64,000 nucleotides of DNA from a virus (IMGVR_UViG_2885028616_000003:1-64000); one strand, 5' to 3'. Shown: positions 27,105 to 36,229, counted from the stretch's first letter. The notes: generated by a model not told the origin, from the sequence alone. Numbers and translations are program-made.

Positions 27105-27982
27105 GGTCGTCCCTTCACCCGGAGGTAATTAACGCGCGCCTCGATCAGGATGAGGGTATCTGCCGTCGAGCGGGCCGCGGCGATCAGTCTCTCCCACGAG
27201 CGAAGGAACTCTGTCACCCGGGCTGGGTCCTCTTGCCACAGATCCCCCGCCGGTGTCTCCACGTACACGGCTTCGGGATCGCGGGGCTCGATGAACGACA
27301 GGATGGAGAAGGGGCCCGCCGCTGGTGCGGCGCCTGCGGCGAACGGCAGGACCTGCAGCCGCACATGCGGGAGCTGCGCGACCTTGTGGAGGTGGTCGAG
27401 TTGCTCGATCATGACGTCGGTGCCGCCGACGGCGCGGCGGAGTGTCTCTTCGGCGAGGACCGCCGAGACGTGGATCGGGTCGGGTACCGACAGGAGCCGC
27501 TCCTGCCGCTCGACGCGGAGCTCGACGAGTTCGTCGACCTGCTCGGCGGTCAGGTCGGGTGCGCGGGTGGCGATGAGCGCGCGGGCGTAGGCGGGGGTCT
27601 GCAGGAGGCCGGGGACCACGCCCGGTTCGTAGTTGCGCACGGTGTCGGCCTCGGCTTCCAGGCCGACGTAGGTGGAGTAGGCGTCGGAGATGGTGTAGTC
27701 GGCCCACCAGCCGCGTCGGCGCCCCTCACGGGCGAGCTGAAGCAGTTCGGTGCGGCGTTTTGGCTGGGCGGTCTCGGTGATGCCGTACACGTCCAGCAGG
27801 CGCCCGAGGTGGGCGAGGTTGGGTTGCCTCCACAGCCTGTTCTCGGCGCGGCTGAGGTTGGACTGGTTCCAGCCGGCGGCGCGGGCGGCCTCGGTGACGG
27901 TGAGCCCTGCGGTCTCGCGGAGCTGGCGGAGCTCACGCGATAGGCGCCGCAGCCGCACGGTGGGGCTGTGGCGCGTCGCCAT
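27101..27982 (-). CDS. XRE-HTH plus DUF5753 regulator (WhiJ/Scr1-like)
   Basis: SPTVR.RRL..ELRQLRE; GWW; YVGLE..A; VPGLLQT..YAR; QVLPF. Confidence 0.93.
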   Translation of the reverse strand: MATRHSPTVRLRRLSRELRQLRETAGLTVTEAARAAGWNQSNLSRAENRLWRQPNLAHLGRLLDVYGITETAQPKRRTELLQLAREGRRRGWWADYTISDAYSTYVGLEAEADTVRNYEPGVVPGLLQTPAYARALIATRAPDLTAEQVDELVELRVERQERLLSVPDPIHVSAVLAEETLRRAVGGTDVMIEQLDHLHKVAQLPHVRLQVLPFAAGAAPAAGPFSILSFIEPRDPEAVYVETPAGDLWQEDPARVTEFLRSWERLIAAARSTADTLILIEARVNYLRVKGRP

Positions 27983-28042
27983 GGACGTCTCCTCGAGTTG
28001 TGGAGTCTCAGGCTACTTGGGGGTGCCCCCCGTGGAAATACT

Positions 28043-28079
28043 GATTCGCATAATACTTGGCGCTTGCATATTGCGAATC
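28043..28079. promoter_or_regulatory. Putative XRE operator/divergent promoter
   Basis: AT-rich stretch with IR GATTCGCA...TGCGAATC. Confidence 0.55.
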
Positions 28080-28115
28080 GGGTCTCTGGCTGTGAGGCTA
28101 GGGGCAGTTGGGAGG

Positions 28116-28207
28116 AGCCTGGAGCGGGCCCGACCGCCGCCGTATACCCCACCCACATCCCCCGGGCCCACGTACGCGGACAGCGGGACGGGAACCCGCT
28201 CCAGGCT
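28116..28207 (+). other. Long hairpin in tnpB leader
   Basis: 13-bp stem AGCCTGGAGCGGG/CCCGCTCCAGGCT with inner pairing and C-rich loop. Confidence 0.6.
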
Positions 28208-28258
28208 TCTGTCACTCGCACGCGCGAGCCAGACCTGTTCCGAAGAGCGACGGAAGCG

Positions 28259-29443
28259 ATGAGACGGTCCTTCAAGTTCCTGCTGCGCCCCACCGCTCGG
28301 CAGGCCGGGTCTCTCGCGGCATGTCTGGAAGACCACCGGCAGCTTTACAACGCCGCTCTGGAGCACCGCCGGACTGCCTACCGGATGGCGGGGGTGAGCG
28401 TCCGGTACGGGGACCAGTCCGCCGACCTCAAGCACATCCGCGCCGATGACGCCGATGGGCAGGGACGCTGGTCGTTCTGCTCCCAGCAGGCCACCCTCCG
28501 GCGCCTGGACAAGGCGTTCGCCGCGTTCTTCCGCCGCGTCAAGGCCGGGCGCCAGGCAGGATTCCCCCGCTTCAAAGGCCGGGGCTGGTTCGACACCATT
28601 GAATGGCCCAGGGACCGCGACGGTTGCCGGTGGGATTCCCAGCCTGATCATCCGAGCGCGACTTTCGTAAGGCTCCAGGGCATTGGGCACGTCCGCGTCC
28701 ACCAGCACCGCCCGGTCGCCGGGACCGTGAAGACGATCAGCGTAAAGCGTGAAGGCCCCCGCTGGTACGTGATCCTGTCGTGCGACAACGTTCCCACCGC
28801 CCCGCTCCCGCAGACGGGTGCGGCGGCTGGGATCGATCTGGGGGTAGCGTCGCTGGCCACCACCAGCGATGGCGCCCACTTCGCCAACCCTCGGCACCTA
28901 CGGTCGGCGGCCGAGCGTCTCGCCGCCGCACAACGTGACCTGGCCCGATGCAAACGCGGCTCGAACCGACGCTGCAAGGCCGCCCGCCGTGTGGCCGCGC
29001 TGCACGGCAAAATCCGCCGACGGCGGCTCGACACAGCTCACAAGGCCGCGCTGTCCCTGGTTCGCGATTACGACGTGATCGTCTACGAGGACCTGCGGAT
29101 CGGGAACATGACCCGTTCCGCGACCGGCAGCGTTGAGGAGCCGGGCCGGAACGTCGCGGCCAAGACCGGTTTGAACCGTTCGATCTTGGATGCGGGTTGG
29201 GGGGTGTTCCTGCGAGTCCTCGCGCACAAGGCTGAAAGCGCCGGTCGTGAGCTGATCGCAGTCGACCCTCGCAACACCTCCCGGACGTGCGGTGCCTGCG
29301 GGCACTGCGCGGCTGGGAACCGCATCACCCAGGCTGGGTTCCGATGCCAGGCGTGCGGGCACACCGCGCACGCCGACGTGAACGCGGCCATCAACGTGCT
29401 TAGGGCAGGGCTTGCCCTTCGCGATTCCGCAGAAGCGGTTTAG
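28259..29443 (+). CDS. tnpB: RNA-guided endonuclease TnpB (IS200/IS605 family, no tnpA)
   Basis: LYNAALE, GFPRFK, RuvC GIDLG / YEDL / ADVNAA all intact, two CxxC. Confidence 0.95.
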   Translation: MRRSFKFLLRPTARQAGSLAACLEDHRQLYNAALEHRRTAYRMAGVSVRYGDQSADLKHIRADDADGQGRWSFCSQQATLRRLDKAFAAFFRRVKAGRQAGFPRFKGRGWFDTIEWPRDRDGCRWDSQPDHPSATFVRLQGIGHVRVHQHRPVAGTVKTISVKREGPRWYVILSCDNVPTAPLPQTGAAAGIDLGVASLATTSDGAHFANPRHLRSAAERLAAAQRDLARCKRGSNRRCKAARRVAALHGKIRRRRLDTAHKAALSLVRDYDVIVYEDLRIGNMTRSATGSVEEPGRNVAAKTGLNRSILDAGWGVFLRVLAHKAESAGRELIAVDPRNTSRTCGACGHCAAGNRITQAGFRCQACGHTAHADVNAAINVLRAGLALRDSAEAV

Positions 29444-29497
29444 CGAGAAGCCGCCCCTTCCAAGGTGCGGAAGAGTCACCCCAATCCCCCGGGCTCA
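29300..29497 (+). ncRNA. Putative omegaRNA (5' limit uncertain) with right end at about 29479 and guide 29480-29497
   Basis: GAAGCCGCCCC-ttccaa-GGTGCGG hairpin ending in GAGTCAC just after the tnpB stop, typical of IS605-type right ends. Confidence 0.55.
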
Positions 29498-29519
29498 ACC
29501 CCGCTTCCAGACCGCTCGC

Positions 29520-29942
29520 CTAGTCGTCACCGGCCACGACCGTGAACCGGTCCGCCGGCAGCACCTGCTCGCTGCCATCAGCGTGGGCGAGGACCAGGAC
29601 CGGGACGCCGAGCGGCATCTCGTGCGTGCGGCGTTCCGCCTCGGTGGGCATCCGCGCCGTGACCTCAGTCCCGGCAGCGATCGGCACCTGGGCGCGTTCC
29701 CGCTCGACCCGGACCCTCGTCCCGACACGCGGAGTGGTCACCACGAGGCCTTCGCCGCGCAGGATCGTCAGCGCTTCGCGCACCGAGGCGCGGCTCACGC
29801 CGAACCACTCCATCATCTGATGCTCGCCGGGCAGCACCTGTCCAGGCCGGAGTGTGCCGTCTGTGATCTGCGCGCGGAGCCGGTCAGCCACTTGCTTCAC
29901 GACCGGGCGGTCGGAGGTGGGGTCGACGGGTGTACGGTCCAT
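29520..29942 (-). CDS. GntR-family wHTH regulator
   Basis: QVADRLRAQI..G.L.PG..LPGE...FGVSRASVREAL..L..EGLV. Confidence 0.9.
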   Translation of the reverse strand: MDRTPVDPTSDRPVVKQVADRLRAQITDGTLRPGQVLPGEHQMMEWFGVSRASVREALTILRGEGLVVTTPRVGTRVRVERERAQVPIAAGTEVTARMPTEAERRTHEMPLGVPVLVLAHADGSEQVLPADRFTVVAGDD

Positions 29943-29979
29943 GCGCGGAAACTACGGAGAGTCATTCCCGAGATCGCTG

Positions 29980-29995
29980 GTACGTATGTACGTAC
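29980..29995. promoter_or_regulatory. Putative GntR operator
   Basis: Palindrome GTACGTA-TG-TACGTAC upstream of gntR. Confidence 0.6.
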
Positions 29996-30282
29996 AAGAA
30001 CGGTCCTGCCGACGCGCGTGCAAGAGGGCGGGACGCCTACAGTGCGGCGTCCCGAGCTCGGAGCCGCAGGGGATCGACCAGAGACGGTCACCGGGCCCCG
30101 TCGCTGGCGACCTGACGTGCACGGCCTCCCCCACTCAGGTACGTGCCGCGCCCGAGGTTCGCCTCGCCGAGGTCCGGAAAGCCCACATGCGGCTCGCGAC
30201 TGACCGGTCCCGGACGCGCCGCGGCGTATCCGCCGCCTGGGCCCTCGGCCGTGGCCAAGACGCGTCGGGAACACTGGGGGCC

Positions 30283-30822
30283 GTGGACATCGAGCACCTC
30301 GAAGGCGACGCCACCCGGGATCGGCTCGGCGAGATCGAGTCGGTGTACGCCGAGGCGTTTCCGGACTACGACCTCGGCGACTACCGGACCCGGATGCGGA
30401 GCCTGCTCGCCTCGCCCGGATTCGAGGCCGTCACAGCACGAGACAACGACGCACTCGCCGGGTTCGCCTACGGGGCCCGCCTCACGGGGGCGTCATGGTG
30501 GGAGGGACTGGAGCCCCCGCCACCCGCCGGGTTCACCACCGAGACGGGGCGGCGGACGTTCGCCGTGATCGACCTGGCCGTGCGGCCCCCAATGCGCGGC
30601 AGAGGACTCGGCCGCCGCCTCCTAGACGAATTGCTCGCAGGACGGGCGGAAGAGCGCGCCACACTCGCTACAGCGCCGCACGAGCGCGAGACCCAAGCGA
30701 TGTATCGGCGCTGGGGCTGGCGGCATGTCGGGCGCACCCCCGGCAGCGAGGGCGAGACCGAGGACTGGTTCGACCTCTACGTGATCGCCCTGCGCTCACC
30801 GGACGCGAGCAGCTCCCGGTAG
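30283..30822 (+). CDS. GNAT acetyltransferase
   Basis: LAGFAYG, LAVRP..RGRGLGRRL, MYRRWGW. Confidence 0.9.
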   Translation: MDIEHLEGDATRDRLGEIESVYAEAFPDYDLGDYRTRMRSLLASPGFEAVTARDNDALAGFAYGARLTGASWWEGLEPPPPAGFTTETGRRTFAVIDLAVRPPMRGRGLGRRLLDELLAGRAEERATLATAPHERETQAMYRRWGWRHVGRTPGSEGETEDWFDLYVIALRSPDASSSR

Positions 30823-32078
30823 CCCGCGACGACCGGCTGGGTGCGGCTCGCGGCCGGGACGGCGTCGGCGACCTGGCGGGCCAGGCTGGTCACCATCACG
30901 GTCCGGTGTTCGTCCGGCTGGGCCTCGTAGACGGCGTGAGCGTGCCGCACGCCCTCGGTCGTGTCACCGGCCCGCACGTGCCCGGCCGCGCGCAGCAGGT
31001 CGAGCTGGACGCCCACCCGCGGGTCGTCGGCGGGCAGGATCTCCCGCGCTCGGGAGACTGCGGGATCGAGACGGGCGCGGTCGCCGGCGTGCGCATGCAC
31101 CCATGCCTCGGTGTAGCGCAGACGGTCCTCGGCCCAGCCTGCGATCGAACGCACCTCGCCGGTCACCGAGGCCGGGAGCCGGTTGAAGATCTCTTCGCAC
31201 TCCCGCAGCTCGGCCGCCGCCTCGCCGCTGGCACCCTCCATCGCGAGCAGCTGTGCGCGGACCGTGCGGACGTGCAGCAGTCCCCGGCATACGGTGTTCG
31301 GCGCGCCGCCGACCGCGCGGTCCGCCTTGCGCAGGAGGATCGCCGTAGGACGGCCCTCGTAGAGGCCGTGCACGAGTTGCTCGCCGCGGATCCACAGGCC
31401 CAGATCGAGATCACGCGAGGCGTCCGCTGCGTGCTGCGCGGTGACCCACCAGTCCCGCGCCAGCCGGGGCTGCTGGAGATTGCACAGCGTCTTGGCCATG
31501 AGCGCCGCAAGACCCCCGGTCACCCGGTACCAGGGGAGGCGCTCCCCGGCATGGCGGCCGGTGATCCGCTGGACGGCGACCAGGTCGGCGGCCAGGTCCC
31601 GCAGCAGCAGGTGCGGGGGAAGAAGAATGTAGCTGTAGCCGTACTCGGCCACCGTCTCCTCCCACTCGTCAAGGAGGGAGGACTCGTCTCGCCCGATGGA
31701 CCGGTCGACTCCGTCGCGGATGTGCTCGATCGCCTCCACGGCGGGGGAGGATGCAGCGCCGAGCGTCGCTAAGGCCTGTAGAAGGCGGCGTCGCTGCATC
31801 TCGTCGTCCTCGTCCAGATCGCTGCCGTGAACCCGACCGCAATCCACGCTACTGGCCCGGCCTGCGTCTTCCGCTGTTGTCTGGACCAGGGCAACAAGGC
31901 GGCCATCAGCGCCGAGGATCTCGTCGATACGCGTCGCGGTCTCTTCGGACGTGCGCTTACGGCCGTTGCGGAGATGGGAGATGTGCCCGGGATCGCAGGG
32001 CACCTGCCTGGCCAGGGCGCGGACACCGACTCCTTGCTCGTCCATGAGCTGACGGAGTGCCTGGCTGAAGGTCGTCAT
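30777..32078 (-). CDS. XRE-HTH plus helical (TPR-like) regulator
   Basis: FSQALRQL...LARQV.CD.GHISHL.NG.K; MQRRRLL linker; helical C-terminus. Confidence 0.8.
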   Translation of the reverse strand: MTTFSQALRQLMDEQGVGVRALARQVPCDPGHISHLRNGRKRTSEETATRIDEILGADGRLVALVQTTAEDAGRASSVDCGRVHGSDLDEDDEMQRRRLLQALATLGAASSPAVEAIEHIRDGVDRSIGRDESSLLDEWEETVAEYGYSYILLPPHLLLRDLAADLVAVQRITGRHAGERLPWYRVTGGLAALMAKTLCNLQQPRLARDWWVTAQHAADASRDLDLGLWIRGEQLVHGLYEGRPTAILLRKADRAVGGAPNTVCRGLLHVRTVRAQLLAMEGASGEAAAELRECEEIFNRLPASVTGEVRSIAGWAEDRLRYTEAWVHAHAGDRARLDPAVSRAREILPADDPRVGVQLDLLRAAGHVRAGDTTEGVRHAHAVYEAQPDEHRTVMVTSLARQVADAVPAASRTQPVVAGYRELLASGERRAIT

Positions 32079-32209
32079 CGCCCCACCCGTTTCGCCCCGG
32101 GTTGATCTGTTGGCCGTGTTGACCGGGCCGGTGGCCTACGGACAACGCCTTCCACGCTAACGCTCACTGCGGTCAGGTGAAGGGCGAAAGGTGTTCCAGG
32201 ACACACAGA

Positions 32210-32254
32210 CGGCCCCGGCCGGCGCGCGAACGCCGGGGGTTCCGGGGCCTGACC
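32210..32254 (+). promoter_or_regulatory. Structured leader hairpin
   Basis: GGCCCCGG..CGGCG-cgcgaa-CGCCG..CCGGGGCC followed by TGACC upstream of 32272. Confidence 0.4.
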
Positions 32255-32271
32255 CGAAACGAGGTCGGGCT

Positions 32272-32721
32272 ATGGGGAAGATACCCAACCCACCGACAGC
32301 AGTGGGACCACCCGTGGACATCGAGGGGCGGCTCGCCGCGCTCCGTAAGGAGTTCCCCGGCTGGACGATCGAAGCCAGCACCATGCCGTTCTCCCCTTAC
32401 CGCGCTGTCCGCGACGGCGATGACAAGGCGGCGATCCTCGGCGCCGGATCCTATGGCGCTCTGCGGCGACTGCTGCACGAGGCCGACGAGGTCGTCTGTG
32501 CGCAGGCCCTCCTCGCCCTGCGCACCGCCCTCGCCAAGCGAGGCGCCGAGGCCTTACTGCACGGCGTCAGCGTCGTCACCCGCTCGCGAACCCGAGTCCA
32601 GCGCACCATCGGGGCCCGCCGCGGCCGGTTCACCTGGCACGACGGCACCGACCTCGGCCCCATCAGCGACGTGGACGCCGTCGCCGACGAGATCCTGCAG
32701 CAGCTGGAGCTGAAGCGATGA
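32272..32721 (+). CDS. Hypothetical protein
   Basis: LRKEFPGWTI motif; divergent from XRE-TPR gene. Confidence 0.65.
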   Translation: MGKIPNPPTAVGPPVDIEGRLAALRKEFPGWTIEASTMPFSPYRAVRDGDDKAAILGAGSYGALRRLLHEADEVVCAQALLALRTALAKRGAEALLHGVSVVTRSRTRVQRTIGARRGRFTWHDGTDLGPISDVDAVADEILQQLELKR

Positions 32722-33212
32722 GCAGCGACCAGGAAAAGCAGCAGCTCGCCGACCTCACCACCGCCCACCCCGGCTGGTCGATCCAGCACCTGCCCGAGGC
32801 GAACCTCCCCTGGGAAGCCCGCAGGCTCCCGTTCCAGCTGCCTGCTTCAGGTGGATACATGTGGCTGAACGCGCCCACCGCCGCGCGGCTCGCCGACCTG
32901 ATCGACGGTGCCCTCCAGTTCGAAGCGCAGCTCGCCACCGAGGACGCCGCGAACGCCCGCCTCGAGGCGCTGCGACTGCGTGCGGTGGCGGCCGGGTTCC
33001 GCGCGGAGTTGGAGCAGGGCGTCCTGACGGTGACCGCGCCACCCGCAGACGACGGGCCCCGCGGGTCAGAGATGGTGACCTGTCGGTCGCGACTCGAGGA
33101 CAACGGGCGGCTGTGGTTCTTCGACGGCGATGGAGCACCGATCGAGCAGGCCGACCACGTGACGGACGCCGTGGTGATCCTCGGCGGGAAGCTGTGGCGG
33201 ATTCGGTCGTGA
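32718..33212 (+). CDS. Hypothetical protein, similar layout to upstream gene
   Basis: L...HPGWSI motif, GRLWFF; ATGA coupled. Confidence 0.65.
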   Translation: MSSDQEKQQLADLTTAHPGWSIQHLPEANLPWEARRLPFQLPASGGYMWLNAPTAARLADLIDGALQFEAQLATEDAANARLEALRLRAVAAGFRAELEQGVLTVTAPPADDGPRGSEMVTCRSRLEDNGRLWFFDGDGAPIEQADHVTDAVVILGGKLWRIRS

Positions 33213-33518
33213 ACCGCGCCGTCGTGGTTAGCGGCGGTCCAGTGCGCTGACCCCAAGACCGGAGGGCTCCGCCTCTGCCCGTCCCCCCGGGGTCCTCATC
33301 GGGGGTGGGGCTCTCCACCTGTCCCGCGGCTCCGGGAATCGCGCACGGACCGGAGTTGCGGCGGGGCGGCGCGGCCACACAGGGACTGGCCGCGCCGCCC
33401 CTTCCAGACGCGCGCCGACCGCGATCCGCTGCGTTATCCCCCAGTTCATCGCGGTCGGCGCGCACCGAGACGGCGGCGGCGCGGTCCCTGCGGACGCGCG
33501 CCAGCCACGGCTACACGT

Positions 33519-34877
33519 TCAAGCGGGCCGCAGGACGCTGGTCAGGAGTCTGTCAGCTTGGCGCACATCGGCGTCGCCTCGGTACGGCTGCCATGCGGTC
33601 CTGATCTGGCTGAGCACCCCCTGCACGCGCTCGGAGGAGACGGCAGTGAGGGTGTCCGACAGGTCCAGCAGTGTCCGGGCAGCCTGGTCGGGGTGCCGGC
33701 GGCGTAGTTGGACGTACGCCAATCGGGCGCCGATGAGCGCGCGGGTGCGCCGCTCGACAGGACGCCGAGAGTCCACCGACGCCGCGTAGTGCTCCTCCGC
33801 TCCAGCAAGGTCGCCGAGCTGGTGAAGGGTCAGACCTACCTGGTGGGCGAACGACTCGCGCCGGTAGGCTCCGGCGATCTCAGCTTCGGGCAGTGAGTCC
33901 GCGCGCTCCAGATCGGCCTCCGCCGCGTGCAGCAGCGATCGGGCGCGGGCACGGTCGCCGCTGGCTGCGGCGAGCGCCTCGGCGCACATCCCGGTGATCC
34001 ACGCGCGCGTGCGTACGGGTGCCCCGGTCCGGATCCCGTCGGCGGCGGCGTCGGCCAGGTCCCGGCCAGCCCGGTTGTGGCCGAGTTCGACTGCCTGGAC
34101 GGCCAGACCCCGCAGCGCCGTCGCGCGCATCACCGGGTGCTCCGCCTCGTCGGCCAGCCGCACCGACTGGACGTAGTAGCGCTGCGCGACGCCGGGCCGA
34201 CCCGAGTCGGCTGCCATGTAAGCCGCCAGGTAGGCCAGCTCGGCGGCGGCGACGAACAACGCGGGCCGGGCGGCGCCGGTGGTGCCGCGCAGGAGGGGCG
34301 CGACGTCGTGGGTGAGGTAGGCACCGAGCGCTGAGCGGGCGTGCCCGCCGCCGTACAGGTCGTCCAAGTCGCCGAAGTATCGGGTCGTTTCGCGGATGCG
34401 GGCGACGTCGGCGGCGCCAGCGCGGCGCGGCTCTCCAGCCCGGCGTGTGATTCGGTGAAGCCGGTCGGGTAGGGCTGCGGCGGCCAGGGAGTACAGGCCG
34501 GCCGCAAGGGCGTCGCGCCGGTCGAGGTCGAGCATCTCGCTCCGTCCGAGGGTTGTGATCCAGGTGACGGGGTCACCGCGCCAAGGGTCGTCAGGTCCGG
34601 TGACTGTTCCGGCCGGCCAGCCGAGGTCGCAGGCGGTGAGGCCGGGCTCGTCCAGCAGGCGCGAGAACGCTTCGACGGCGTACGCCATCGTCGCCTGGAC
34701 AGGCACCGCACCATTGAGCCATTTACCCAGAGTGGCGGCCGTGCATCGCAAGTTCTTGCCATCCTCAGCGGCCACGTTATTGATCAATATGGCGATTGAT
34801 GCGTAGGTGCGGCTACCGCGTTTGATCGCCGCGTCCAGTTCGACGTTACGTAAGATCCGCGTGCGTGGCCGTGACAT
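33519..34877 (-). CDS. NsdA-like HTH-TPR regulator
   Basis: KWLNG.VP, DLGW, DRRD, LDDLYGGGHAR, LAAYMA.D.G...AQRYY..S.RLA. Confidence 0.8.
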   Translation of the reverse strand: MSRPRTRILRNVELDAAIKRGSRTYASIAILINNVAAEDGKNLRCTAATLGKWLNGAVPVQATMAYAVEAFSRLLDEPGLTACDLGWPAGTVTGPDDPWRGDPVTWITTLGRSEMLDLDRRDALAAGLYSLAAAALPDRLHRITRRAGEPRRAGAADVARIRETTRYFGDLDDLYGGGHARSALGAYLTHDVAPLLRGTTGAARPALFVAAAELAYLAAYMAADSGRPGVAQRYYVQSVRLADEAEHPVMRATALRGLAVQAVELGHNRAGRDLADAAADGIRTGAPVRTRAWITGMCAEALAAASGDRARARSLLHAAEADLERADSLPEAEIAGAYRRESFAHQVGLTLHQLGDLAGAEEHYAASVDSRRPVERRTRALIGARLAYVQLRRRHPDQAARTLLDLSDTLTAVSSERVQGVLSQIRTAWQPYRGDADVRQADRLLTSVLRPA

Positions 34878-34931
34878 CACCCTCACCCTCCTATCAGGGC
34901 TTTTAACTCCATGTTCCTCGCACTTCACCAG

Positions 34932-34970
34932 CAAAGCAATACGAAGCAAAACGAGGAAAACGAAGCAAAA
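34932..34970. repeat. ACGAAGCAAA-type direct repeats in divergent promoter
   Basis: Copies at 34941, 34951, 34960, about 10-nt period. Confidence 0.6.
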
Positions 34971-35047
34971 TACTACGCCCTACCAGCGACGTGAACGGAG
35001 GTATTTCCTTAACCCAACCGCACAGTTTCTCTGACGAAGGGAAGCCA

Positions 35048-35666
35048 ATGACCATCACCACCGCCCAGCCGGTGCCAGCCACCCGCGAAGTGATCTCGCC
35101 GGCGCTGTTCGAGCTGGTCGCCGCCCGCGCCGCCGCCGAGCACTCCATGCCGCCCGGCCTCGCCGAGCGGTCCCTCACCCAGACCCTCACGATGCTCCAC
35201 GCGATCGCCGCCCACCCCGGCACGGTGATCCACCCGCCGCGCGTCATCGACGTCACGTGGCACATGCTGATCCTGCACACCGCCGAGTACATGGCTCTGT
35301 GCGACCGGCTGGCCGGGCACTACCTGGCGCGGTACCGGAGCCGACTGGGCCAACGACTCTCTACGGCACAGCGACGCCGCGGACATCACCCCGTCCATGG
35401 TGCGGGCGTGGCTGCGCAAGAACTCGCGGCTGATCCGTACGGTGTGCTCGACGCCGGAGGAGGCCGCGGCGTGGGCGATGACGCAGTGGACGCGGGCCCG
35501 CGCAGAGTCGCTCACCCCGGTTCCCGAGTGGATCGTCGACGAGGAGCAGGAGCGCTCGAACCTGTATGAGCTGCGCGTGGGGAACGACATCTCGAAGGGG
35601 CTGTGGGTGAAAGGCCCGTCCATGGTGTCGTGGGGCGTGGTGGGGACTGCCGAGCGCTGCCACTGA
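35048..35666 (+). pseudogene. Probable deletion fusion of a glycine-rich-domain (GRDP-like) gene 5' part and an unrelated gene 3' part
   Basis: P...ID..WH..ILHT.EY..LC..LAG.YL stops short of expected HH.P; a different frame is coding-like from about 35325 with no start. Confidence 0.55.
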
Positions 35667-35690
35667 GCACAGCGATCCAGGCAAAACGAA

Positions 35691-35721
35691 ACGGCCCACC
35701 CCCATGTGGAGGGTGGGCCGT
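35691..35721. terminator. Terminator between convergent genes
   Basis: ACGGCCCACCC/GGGTGGGCCGT stem preceded by A-runs. Confidence 0.7.
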
Positions 35722-35807
35722 CCCGTTGCCAGGCCCCGTATTCAGAAGGTCTGCGGCCGACGCTACGCCCGCACCCCCGCGCCGGTCTACCATCAGGCGG
35801 GGGCCGG

Positions 35808-36203
35808 TCACGGCCAGCGGTGCTCCGGCGCCGGATCCACCAGCGCGTACTCCGCCCGAGCCGCGCGGGCCCGGCCCACGCCGATCCAGTGGTCCAGCAG
35901 CCCCCGCGACGCGCCGGCCTCCACGAGCAGCTCGGCCGCCGCGCGGTTCGCCTCCGGATGGTCGGTGGGGGCGGTGCCGAGGAGGAGCCCGGCGACCTCG
36001 GCCAGCAGGTCCGCGCGCAGCACCGGGGCGGGCTGGTGCACTGCGCCGCGGCGTGCTGGCGGGTGCACGGTCGCGATGTCCCGGAGCTCCGCGACCGCTC
36101 GAGCGCGCGCTGCGCCGGTCGGGGGGTTCCATCCGGCGAGGCGGGTTGCGGTGCCGGTGAGGCGGGAGGCGATGACGCGGTCTGGGGTCTGGCGGTAACC
36201 CAT
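35808..36203 (-). CDS. Hypothetical protein, probably SOS-regulated
   Basis: AVAELR.IA...RADLLAEVAG...W...GR.RA; leaderless -10 TATCCT. Confidence 0.65.
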   Translation of the reverse strand: MGYRQTPDRVIASRLTGTATRLAGWNPPTGAARARAVAELRDIATVHPPARRGAVHQPAPVLRADLLAEVAGLLLGTAPTDHPEANRAAAELLVEAGASRGLLDHWIGVGRARAARAEYALVDPAPEHRWP

Positions 36204-36213
36204 CCGGCAAGGA

Positions 36214-36229
36214 TAGAACGTGTTTTCGA
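36214..36229. promoter_or_regulatory. Putative LexA box
   Basis: TCGAAA-ACAC-GTTCTA (minus strand) versus actinobacterial TCGAAC-N4-GTTCGA, 2 mismatches, overlapping -10. Confidence 0.6.

Noticed and set aside
28259-29443. Nuclease-dead TnpB (TldR) or Cas12f
   Set aside because: All three RuvC acidic residues are present; there is an IS-type right end and no CRISPR array
33213-33518. Peptide-signal ORF downstream of the TPR regulator
   Set aside because: No ORF with an RBS and signal-peptide character; only GC-rich hairpins
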